From Anaerolineae bacterium (GTDB lineage Bacteria; Chloroflexota; Anaerolineae; S140-20), in NCBI GenBank assembly GCA_027021705.1, contig JALUTT010000089.1:1-37625 (forward strand): DNA of 37,625 nucleotides, given 5' to 3'. Made by a program: the position numbers and the translations under genes. Position 1 is the stretch's first letter; every line of letters begins with the position of its first letter. This document shows positions 1 to 7,247 of the stretch, one piece after another. The notes beneath the pieces were generated by a model. The model was not told where the DNA came from and ran no database searches. It was given only the letters and a program-made list of their open reading frames with translations.

Positions 1-1
1 C

Positions 2-1771
2 CAACGCAAATTCGGCCTGGTTGTCCACGCCACCCACGAGGCCGGCATCAAGCTGGGCGGCATCGGCGCGGTCTTGGAGGGCCTGCTCAGCAGCGGGACG
101 TACCTGACCAACGTGGAGCGGACCGTCCTGGTGGGGACGATGGACACCGACGATCCGGTCCAGATGGAACGGCTGACCAGCCCCCGCAACCGCTTCCAGG
201 TCGCCTTCTCCACCTACCACGGCGTGGACCAGGTGGACCGACGGCTCTCCGCCCGCTTCACCAGCCTGGCCGCCGCCTACAACGTCCACCTCCTCTACGG
301 CCGGCGCGCCTTCGGCGGAACCCAGCACGAGGTGATCCTGGTGGACGGCCGGCGGGCCGAGCTCCAGCGGCTCAACGCCTTCAAGCGGGCCCTCTACGCC
401 CACTTCGGCCTGGAGTCCGACCGCTACGAGCACTACCCCGAGTACAGCCTCTACGTCAACGCCGCCGAGCCGGCCTACATGGCCCTCAAAGCGCTGGTGA
501 GCGGGCAGGTGACGGGGGAGAAGTTCATCATTGCCCACGAGTTTATGGGCCTCCCCTTCGCCTTCGCCGCCCAGATCCACGATTTCGGCGACTACCACAC
601 CGTCTTCTACGCCCACGAGGTCGCCACCGTCCGCCCCCTCATCGAGAACCACCCCGGCCACGACACCGTCTTCTACAACGTGATGCGCTCCGCCCGCCGC
701 CGGGGCCTCTACCTGGAGGACGTCTTCGGCAACCAGTCCGGCTTCTTCAAGCACGCCCTCATCCGGCGGGCCATCTACTGCGACAACATCTTCGCCGTCA
801 GCGACCAGATCGCCGAGGAGCTCCGCTTCCTGGACCCGGCCTTCGAGGAAGCCCCCATTGACCTGGTCTACAACGGCATCCCCGGCGAGGAGATCGGCCC
901 GGAGGAGAAGCGGGCCTCCAAAGCCCTGCTCCAGCAGTACGCTCTCAACCTGGACCTCTTCCCCAAGCCTCCCGACTACGTCTTCACCCACGTCACCCGG
1001 CTGATCCCCAGCAAGGGGCTCTGGCGAGACATCCGGGTGATGGAGCACCTGGACAGCGCCCTGGCCCGGGCGGGCAAGCGGGCCGTCCTCTTCATCCTGG
1101 CCACCACCGTGCCCGCCGGCCGCAGCCCCGAGGAGGTCCGCCGGATGGAGCGGACCTACGGCTGGCCCGTCGTCCACCGGGAGGGGCAGCCCGACCTGAT
1201 CGGCCACGAGATCCCCCTCTACCACGCCATCCGGGCCTTCAACGGGCGGGCCCACGCCAGCCGCATCGTCCTGGTCAACCAGTACGGGTGGAGCCGGGAC
1301 CGCTGCGGCGAGCGGATGCCCGAGGCGATGCAGTTCCGGGACCTGCGCCGGGGCACCGACCTGGAGTTCGGCCAGTCCACCTACGAGCCCTTCGGCATCG
1401 CCCAACTGGAGCCGCTGACCTACGGAGCCCTCTGCGTCCTGAGCAGCGTCTGCGGCTCCCTGGGCTTCCTGCGGCAGGTGGCCGGCGAGGCCCTGCCCCC
1501 CGCCATCGTCGTCGCCGACTACACGGCGCTGCCGCCCGGCTTCGCCGACAAGGACTGCCGGACCCTCCTCTCCCTCGGCCAAGCGGAACGGGACGTGGTG
1601 GAGATGACCGTCGCCCGCCAGGTCGCCGCCCAGGTTATGGAACGCCTGCCCAAGGACGACGAAGCGGTCGAGGCCCTCCTGGCCCAGGGGGCGGCCCTCA
1701 GCCAGCGGATGGGGTGGGAGACGGTGGTGCGGGACTACCTGCTCCCCGGCCTCAGCCGGGCTATCCGATAA
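2..1771 (+). CDS. Glycogen synthase-like glycosyltransferase (GT3-like, GT-B fold), 5'-truncated by window edge
   Basis: Frame is open from base 2 (QRKFGLVVHATHEAGIKLGGIGAVLEG...). KxGGI motif, AHEF, NGI, KG and STYEPFG motifs resemble glycogen synthases; neighbours are a GH57 hydrolase and GalU. Confidence 0.7.
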   Translation, partial: QRKFGLVVHATHEAGIKLGGIGAVLEGLLSSGTYLTNVERTVLVGTMDTDDPVQMERLTSPRNRFQVAFSTYHGVDQVDRRLSARFTSLAAAYNVHLLYGRRAFGGTQHEVILVDGRRAELQRLNAFKRALYAHFGLESDRYEHYPEYSLYVNAAEPAYMALKALVSGQVTGEKFIIAHEFMGLPFAFAAQIHDFGDYHTVFYAHEVATVRPLIENHPGHDTVFYNVMRSARRRGLYLEDVFGNQSGFFKHALIRRAIYCDNIFAVSDQIAEELRFLDPAFEEAPIDLVYNGIPGEEIGPEEKRASKALLQQYALNLDLFPKPPDYVFTHVTRLIPSKGLWRDIRVMEHLDSALARAGKRAVLFILATTVPAGRSPEEVRRMERTYGWPVVHREGQPDLIGHEIPLYHAIRAFNGRAHASRIVLVNQYGWSRDRCGERMPEAMQFRDLRRGTDLEFGQSTYEPFGIAQLEPLTYGALCVLSSVCGSLGFLRQVAGEALPPAIVVADYTALPPGFADKDCRTLLSLGQAERDVVEMTVARQVAAQVMERLPKDDEAVEALLAQGAALSQRMGWETVVRDYLLPGLSRAIR

Positions 1772-1802
1772 GCGCCCGGCCAGGGACCCCGGCAGGGAAA
1801 GC

Positions 1803-2744
1803 ATGGGTGGCCCTCTAACCCTTTCGGAACCGGATCGGCGCACGCTCCGGGCCCTCTTCGAGGGCCACGGCGTCACCCTGGCCTACCTCTACGGCTCCCA
1901 GGCCCGGGGGGATGCCGGCCCCCTGGCCGACGTGGACGTCGCCGTGCTGTTCGACGCCGCCCTCCCCCCTGAGGAGCGGTTCCGGCGGGTCCTGCTCCTG
2001 GCAGGCGAACTGGGAATGCTCTTCCGGCGGGACGACGTTCACGTGGTGGACCTGGCGGAAGCCCCTCCCCTGTTGCGCCACCGGGTCTACCACGATGGCC
2101 GGCTGCTCTACGGCACCGACGAGGCGGCGCGGGTCCGCTTCGCCACGGCCGCTCTGCGGGACTACGTGGACACCGAGCCCCTGCGCCGGATCAAGCGCCA
2201 CTACCTCCTACGGCGGCTTCGGCGGCCTCCTGCAACGGCAACGAGCGCCCCTCCTGGGCCTCCTCCCCAGGGAGTCCTCACGGCCCCTCCCAAGGAGCCT
2301 CCGATGGTAGATGTCCAAACCGTCGTTGAACGGCTGACAGCGTTGGAAGGCTACATCGCCGAACTGGACCACCACGCCCGCTACCCCTTCGGCGACCTCA
2401 CCGCCGATTTCGTGAAGTACCGGGCCGCCCAGCACAGCCTCCTCCTGGCCGCCCAGGCCGTTTTGGACATCGCTGCCCACATCGTCAGCGCGGACTACGA
2501 CCTCCGCGTCCAGAGCTACCGCCAGGCCATCGAGGAGCTGGGGCGCGTGGGCGTGCTGCCCCCCGACCTGGCCGCGCGGCTGGCCCCTCTCGCCGGCTTC
2601 CGCAATCTCCTCGTCCACGACTACCTGACCGTGGACCCGGCCCGGGTGTACGAGGTCCTGATGGAGGGCCGTGACGACCTGCGGCAGTTCGCCCGCCGCG
2701 TCGCCGATTACCTGGAAAGAGCGTCGCCGTCCGACGGCCTCTAA
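1803..2744 (+). CDS. Fused MNT (MntA-like nucleotidyltransferase antitoxin) - HEPN/DUF86 (HepT-like toxin) protein; probable internal start at 2304
   Basis: N-half has GSQARGDAGPLADVD (GSx10DxD); C-half has RNLLVHDY (Rx4HxY); Pro-rich linker; AAGGAG at 2292-2297 precedes in-frame ATG 2304. Confidence 0.85.
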   Translation: MGGPLTLSEPDRRTLRALFEGHGVTLAYLYGSQARGDAGPLADVDVAVLFDAALPPEERFRRVLLLAGELGMLFRRDDVHVVDLAEAPPLLRHRVYHDGRLLYGTDEAARVRFATAALRDYVDTEPLRRIKRHYLLRRLRRPPATATSAPPGPPPQGVLTAPPKEPPMVDVQTVVERLTALEGYIAELDHHARYPFGDLTADFVKYRAAQHSLLLAAQAVLDIAAHIVSADYDLRVQSYRQAIEELGRVGVLPPDLAARLAPLAGFRNLLVHDYLTVDPARVYEVLMEGRDDLRQFARRVADYLERASPSDGL

Positions 2745-2759
2745 CCCTTTTCCAACCGG
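1812..2759. repeat. 22-bp imperfect direct repeat pair (1812-1833 and 2738-2759) bracketing the MNT-HEPN gene
   Basis: cctctaaccctttcggaaccgg vs cctctaacccttttccaaccgg; 13-bp exact core, 19/22 identical. Confidence 0.75.
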
Positions 2760-2794
2760 CCTCTAATCCCTCCTCAATCTTTCTGTGTTTTACT
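2741..2794 (+). promoter_or_regulatory. Putative OmpR/PhoB-type 11-bp-periodic boxes plus weak extended -10
   Basis: CTAACC 2741, CCAACC 2752, CTAATC 2763, TCAATC 2774 (period 11), then TG-T-TTTACT 2786-2794. Confidence 0.45.
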
Positions 2795-2803
2795 TGGGGT
2801 AAA

Positions 2804-2838
2804 GCAGTCCGTAGTCCGCAGTCCACAGTCCGTAGTTA
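2804..2838. repeat. 7-mer tandem array RYAGTCC x5
   Basis: gcagtcc gtagtcc gcagtcc acagtcc gtagtta. Confidence 0.85.
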
Positions 2839-2855
2839 CATCCTTTCGCAGGGGA

Positions 2856-2952
2856 ACCCTCCCGCAGGTCCTGCCCACGGCCTAAAGCGCGTTGTAGGCC
2901 GATGCCGGTAAGCCGTTGCCATCGCCGGGCACCTTGGGACCTGCGGGAGGGT
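2856..2952. mobile_element. 97-bp REPIN/MITE-like hairpin element, copy 1 (divergent interior)
   Basis: Terminal inverted repeats accctcccgcaggtcc / ggacctgcgggagggt; same termini and same 97-bp length as the copies at 22534 and 24208. Confidence 0.7.
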
Positions 2953-2994
2953 GCTACCGGCGTCGAGAGATGAGAAGCTAGGGGGAGACCACCG

Positions 2995-4518
2995 GTGTCC
3001 GACCGCTATCTCTGCATCCACGGCCATTTCTACCAACCTCCCCGGGAGGACCCCTTCACGGGGGAGACCAGCGTCGAGATCGGGGCAGCGCCGTACCGCA
3101 ACTGGAACGAGCGCATCACCGCCGAGTGCTACCGGCCCAACGCCCGGCTGCGTAACTTCGAGCAGATCAGCTTCAACGTCGGCCCCACCCTGGCCGCCTG
3201 GCTGGAGATCGGCGATCCCGACACCTACCGGCGCATCATCGCCGCCGACCGCTGGCACCAGACCGTCTACGGCGTGGGCAACGCTCTGGCCCAGGGCTAC
3301 CACCACGCCATCCTCCCCCTGGCCTCCGAGCGCGACCGCTGTACCGAGGTGGCCTGGGGCATCTACGACTTCACCCTCCGCTTCGGCCACGGCCCCCACG
3401 GCTTCTGGCTGCCGGAGATGGCCGTGGACCTCCCGACCCTGGAGACACTGGCCCGCCAGGGCATCCGCTTCACCATCCTCTCCGACGAGCAGGTGGAGGG
3501 CGACCTGGACCGAGGGGCCGGCCCCTACTGGGTGCGGCTCCCCAGCGGACGGCGCATCGCCGTCTTCGTGCGCCATCGCGACCTCTCCAACCTGATCTCC
3601 TTCGACCTAGGCCGCCTGGGGACGGCCACCGACTTCGCCCGCCGCCACCTGCCCTCCCTCAACGGCACCGGCCCCCGCTCCCCCAACCGCCCCTACCTGG
3701 TCCTCATCGCCACCGACGGCGAGACCTTCGGCCACCACCAGATGGGCGGGGCCGGCTTCCTGGACTGGCTGGTCCACCGGGAGGCGGAGGCCGCCGGCTG
3801 GTCGGTCACGACCCTGGCCCGCTTCCTGCGCGACTTCCCCCCCGACTCCGAGGTGACCGTCATCGAGCGCACCTCGTGGAGCTGCGCCCACGGGCTGGCC
3901 CGCTGGAGCACCGGCTGCGCCTGCACGCCTGGCGACTCCCGCTGGAAGCAACCTCTCCGCCAGGCCCTCAACCGGCTGGCCCACGCCGTGGACGAGGTCT
4001 ACGCCCAGGCGATGGCCGGCTACGGCCTGGACCCCTGGGGCCTGCGCAACGACTACATCCGGGTGGTCCTGGGCCAGGTCCGCCCCCGGGCTTGGTTGCA
4101 GCGCCACATCCCCTTCGCCCTGACCCGCGACGACGAGGACCGCCTGCTGGCCCTGCTGGAAGCTCAGCGCCACCGGCTGACGATGTTCACCAGTTGCGCC
4201 TTCTTCTTCGAGGAACTGACCCGCGTCGAACCCCGCTACGCCATCGCCAACGCCATCCGAGCCATCGAGCTGACCCAGGAGGCGACGGGCGAGGACCTGG
4301 GGCCGGCCTTCCGACGGGACCTGGAGCGGAGCCGCAGCCGGCGCACCGGCGTGACCGGCGCCGACCTCTTCGACGCGATGGTGGTGGCCCGTGCTGCCAA
4401 CGTGCCCGTCAACTTCCGCACCCCTGGGCTTCCCCGGGCCTCTCAGCGCCCCTCCGGCGAAACGTCCGGCCCCGCCCCCCAGACCCTTCCAGAACCCGGC
4501 AGCGGAGGGGCCGGTTGA
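2995..4518 (+). CDS. GH57-family / DUF3536 glycoside hydrolase
   Basis: HGHFYQPPRE, WNERITAECY, FWLPE, DGETFGHH, WSCAHG, MFTSCAFFF motifs; GTG start after GGGGGAG. Confidence 0.9.
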   Translation: MSDRYLCIHGHFYQPPREDPFTGETSVEIGAAPYRNWNERITAECYRPNARLRNFEQISFNVGPTLAAWLEIGDPDTYRRIIAADRWHQTVYGVGNALAQGYHHAILPLASERDRCTEVAWGIYDFTLRFGHGPHGFWLPEMAVDLPTLETLARQGIRFTILSDEQVEGDLDRGAGPYWVRLPSGRRIAVFVRHRDLSNLISFDLGRLGTATDFARRHLPSLNGTGPRSPNRPYLVLIATDGETFGHHQMGGAGFLDWLVHREAEAAGWSVTTLARFLRDFPPDSEVTVIERTSWSCAHGLARWSTGCACTPGDSRWKQPLRQALNRLAHAVDEVYAQAMAGYGLDPWGLRNDYIRVVLGQVRPRAWLQRHIPFALTRDDEDRLLALLEAQRHRLTMFTSCAFFFEELTRVEPRYAIANAIRAIELTQEATGEDLGPAFRRDLERSRSRRTGVTGADLFDAMVVARAANVPVNFRTPGLPRASQRPSGETSGPAPQTLPEPGSGGAG

Positions 4519-5414
4519 AGGCAGCGTCCTCCGGGCACCCCCCCACGCCTCCCATCGTCAAAGCCGTCATCCCGGTCGCCGGGATGGCCACCCGCCTGCT
4601 CCCCCTCACCAAGGTGGTGCCCAAGGCCCTCCTCCCCCTGGGCCGCAAGCCCGTCATCCAGCAGATCGTGGAGGAGCTGGCCGCGGCCGGCATCGAGCAG
4701 GTCGGGCTCGTCGTCGGCCCGCGCACGGCCGCCGTGGCCGCCCACTTCGCCCCCGACCCAGCCCTGGCCGCCCACCTGCGCCGGCGGGGCCTCGACCCGG
4801 CGGTGCTGGAGACCGACGCCGGCCTGACCATCGTTCCCATCCGGCAGCCGGAACCGCTGGGGCTGGGCCACGCCATCGCCCAGGCCCGCGCCTTCGTCGG
4901 CGACGCCCCCTTCGTCGTCGCCCTGGGGGATGCGGTGATCCGGGAGCCCCGGCCGGGGGCGCTGGTGCGGCGGCTCATCGCCTGCTACCGGGCCACCCGC
5001 CCCGCCTTCGTCATCGCCGTCCAGCAGGTCCCCGACGAGCAGGTGCGCCGGTCCGGCATCGTCGAGGCCGACGCCGAGGGATGGGTGCGGCGCATCCTGG
5101 AGAAACCCTCCCCCGAGGCCACCCCCGTCCGCCGGGCCTCGGCCGGCCGCTACGTCTTCGGGCCGGTCCTCTTCCGCGCCCTGGACGCCGTCCCGCCCGA
5201 CGCCCAGGGCGAGATCGGGCTGACGGAGGCGATGAACCGGTTGCTGGAGCGGGGGGAGCGCGGGCTGGCCATCCCCCTCGGACCCGACCAGCGCCGCGAC
5301 GATGTGGGGGAGCTGGAAGCGTATCTCGCCGCCTTCGCGGCTTGGGCTGCGGACCGTGGACTGCGGACTGTGGACTGTGGACTACAAACGGTGGACTGTC
5401 AGGACGAGGTGTAG
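4515..5414 (+). CDS. galU: UTP-glucose-1-phosphate uridylyltransferase-like sugar-phosphate nucleotidyltransferase
   Basis: KAVIPVAGMATRLLPLTKVVPK, QPEPLGLGHAI, LGD, EKP, GRY, GEIGLT motifs; TTG 4515 overlaps upstream stop (TTGA), RBS GGAGGGG. Confidence 0.75.
   Translation: MKAASSGHPPTPPIVKAVIPVAGMATRLLPLTKVVPKALLPLGRKPVIQQIVEELAAAGIEQVGLVVGPRTAAVAAHFAPDPALAAHLRRRGLDPAVLETDAGLTIVPIRQPEPLGLGHAIAQARAFVGDAPFVVALGDAVIREPRPGALVRRLIACYRATRPAFVIAVQQVPDEQVRRSGIVEADAEGWVRRILEKPSPEATPVRRASAGRYVFGPVLFRALDAVPPDAQGEIGLTEAMNRLLERGERGLAIPLGPDQRRDDVGELEAYLAAFAAWAADRGLRTVDCGLQTVDCQDEV
5344..5399. repeat. 7-mer tandem array GGACTGY x8 (reverse complement of the 2804 array), inside the galU 3' end
   Basis: gggctgc ggaccgt ggactgc ggactgt ggactgt ggactac aaacggt ggactgt. 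Confidence 0.85.
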
Positions 5415-5418
5415 AGTT

Positions 5419-6345
5419 ATGGAAGGGGATACGAAGAAGCGGATGAGTCGTCGGCGTTTTCTGAGGCTGGGCTGTGGCGCTCTGCTGGGAGGGATGGCCG
5501 GCTGCGGCCTCTCCCCCCTCTACGCCATCCGGGTCGAACCCCGCTGGATCGAGGTCGTGCGGCTGGAGCTGACGCTGAGGGGGCTGCCGGCCGCCTTCGA
5601 CGGCCTCACCATCGCCCAGATCAGTGACCTCCACTGCGGGCCTCACATCCCCCCGTCGTACATCCGGCACGCCGTCACCCTGGCCAACGGCCTGAAGGCC
5701 GACCTGGTCCTCCTGACCGGCGACTTCGTGACCCGCTCGGCCCACTACAGCGCCGCCTGCGCCCAGGCGCTGGCCGACCTCCAAGCCTCCTACGGCGTCT
5801 ACGCCGTCCTGGGCAACCACGACAACTGGACCGATCCCGACATCGTGGCCGCCAACCTGGAGCGCGTCGGCATCACCGTCCTGCGCGACGCCCGGCACCC
5901 GCTGGAGGTGAGCGGGACCCGCCTCTGGCTGCTGGGCGTCGAGGACACCGGCTACACGGGCTGGCGGGGCAGCCCCTTCCACCGCTTCCGCGAACGCTGG
6001 CAGCCGGCGGCCGATCGGCTGGCGGCCCTCCTGACCGACATCCCCCAGGAGGAGCCCCGGCTGCTGCTGGTGCACAACCCCGACTTCACCGAGATGCTCC
6101 CGCCGGGACGGGTGGACCTGGCCCTGTGCGGCCACACCCACGGCGGGCAGGTGCGTCTCCCCCTCATCGGAGCCCCCATCGTCCCCTCCTGCTTCGGTCA
6201 GAAGTACCGCAGCGGACTGGTGCAGGGACCCCGAACCCTCGTCTACATCAACCGGGGGATCGGCCTCGTCTCCCCGCCCATCCGCCTCAACTGCCGGCCC
6301 GAGATCACGCTGTTCCGCCTGCGCCGCCGGGCTGCCCAGGGCTGA
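5419..6345 (+). CDS. Calcineurin-like metallophosphoesterase (YkuE-like) with twin-arginine signal
   Basis: SRRRFL plus hydrophobic stretch; DLH, GDFV, GNHD, HNPD, GHTHGGQ motifs. Start ATG 5419 or 5443. Confidence 0.9.
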   Translation: MEGDTKKRMSRRRFLRLGCGALLGGMAGCGLSPLYAIRVEPRWIEVVRLELTLRGLPAAFDGLTIAQISDLHCGPHIPPSYIRHAVTLANGLKADLVLLTGDFVTRSAHYSAACAQALADLQASYGVYAVLGNHDNWTDPDIVAANLERVGITVLRDARHPLEVSGTRLWLLGVEDTGYTGWRGSPFHRFRERWQPAADRLAALLTDIPQEEPRLLLVHNPDFTEMLPPGRVDLALCGHTHGGQVRLPLIGAPIVPSCFGQKYRSGLVQGPRTLVYINRGIGLVSPPIRLNCRPEITLFRLRRRAAQG

Positions 6346-6390
6346 GGAGGGCCCGAGCCTGCGAGGAAGCGGGAGCCCCTTCGGTCCGCG

Positions 6391-7203
6391 CTAGGGCTCG
6401 TTGATCAGCATGTAGCCCACGCCTCGGACGGTGCGCAGGTAGCGAGGGTGCCTGGGGTCCGGCTCGATCTTGCGGCGCAGACGGTAGACGTGCATCCTCA
6501 GGCTGGACAGGGCCTGGTCCACGTCCATCTCCGCCCCGTAGAGGTGAACGGCCAGCTCCTCCAGGGTGAGGGGCTGCTCAGGGTGATGAGCCAGATAGGC
6601 CAGCAGGTCGAACTCGGTGGGGCTCAGATCGAGGGGCCGGTCGTCGAGCAGCGCCCGGCGGCGGTGCAGGTCCAGCCGGCAGGGGCCGGCTACCAGCCAG
6701 CGGGAACGGTCCTCCGGCAGGGAGGAGAAGGATGCGACGCGGTTCCGCTCCCCCATATCGGCCAGCACCTCCCGCAACATTCGCACGAGTTGAAGCTGCC
6801 GCCGGTGACGCTCCCGCTGGGCCAACCCCCGCCGGACCGCCTGCACGATCTCGTCCAGATCGCAGGGCTTTTGCAGGTAGTCACAGGCCCCCCGCCGTAA
6901 GGCGAGGATGGCCGATTCCAGGGAGGCGTGGGCCGTGAGGATGACGAAGGGCGTGTTGGGAGCCAGATGGCGGGCCTCCCGCAGCACTTCCAGCCCCCCA
7001 AGGCCGGGCATCCTCAAGTCCAGCAGCACCAGGTCGAAGCTCTCCTCCCGCAGCCGCAGGAGGGCCTCTTCGCCGGACCGGGCCTCTCGGACCCGATAGC
7101 CCAGCAGTTCAAAGGTGCGGCGGAGGGTGCTGGCCGTCGTCTGCTCGTCGTCTACCACCAGGATGAGCGGCGCGTCCAACGATTCTTCCATAGCCACTTC
7201 CAT
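6391..7203 (-). CDS. Response regulator, REC plus OmpR/PhoB winged helix (start uncertain, 7191-7269)
   Basis: VVDDE, LLDLRMPG, LTA, KP; C-terminal LSPTEFDLL...LRRKIE...LRTVRGVGY. Confidence 0.9.
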   Translation of the reverse strand: MEVAMEESLDAPLILVVDDEQTTASTLRRTFELLGYRVREARSGEEALLRLREESFDLVLLDLRMPGLGGLEVLREARHLAPNTPFVILTAHASLESAILALRRGACDYLQKPCDLDEIVQAVRRGLAQRERHRRQLQLVRMLREVLADMGERNRVASFSSLPEDRSRWLVAGPCRLDLHRRRALLDDRPLDLSPTEFDLLAYLAHHPEQPLTLEELAVHLYGAEMDVDQALSSLRMHVYRLRRKIEPDPRHPRYLRTVRGVGYMLINEP

Positions 7204-7247
7204 AGCCACCCCCAACTCCCGAACCGGTAACTCCTCAAACCACGACT

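Noticed and set aside
3876..4514. Apparent 213-aa N-terminal extension of GalU
   Set aside because: Alternative frame within the GH57 gene, low-complexity R/P/G; TTG 4515 with RBS is the better start.
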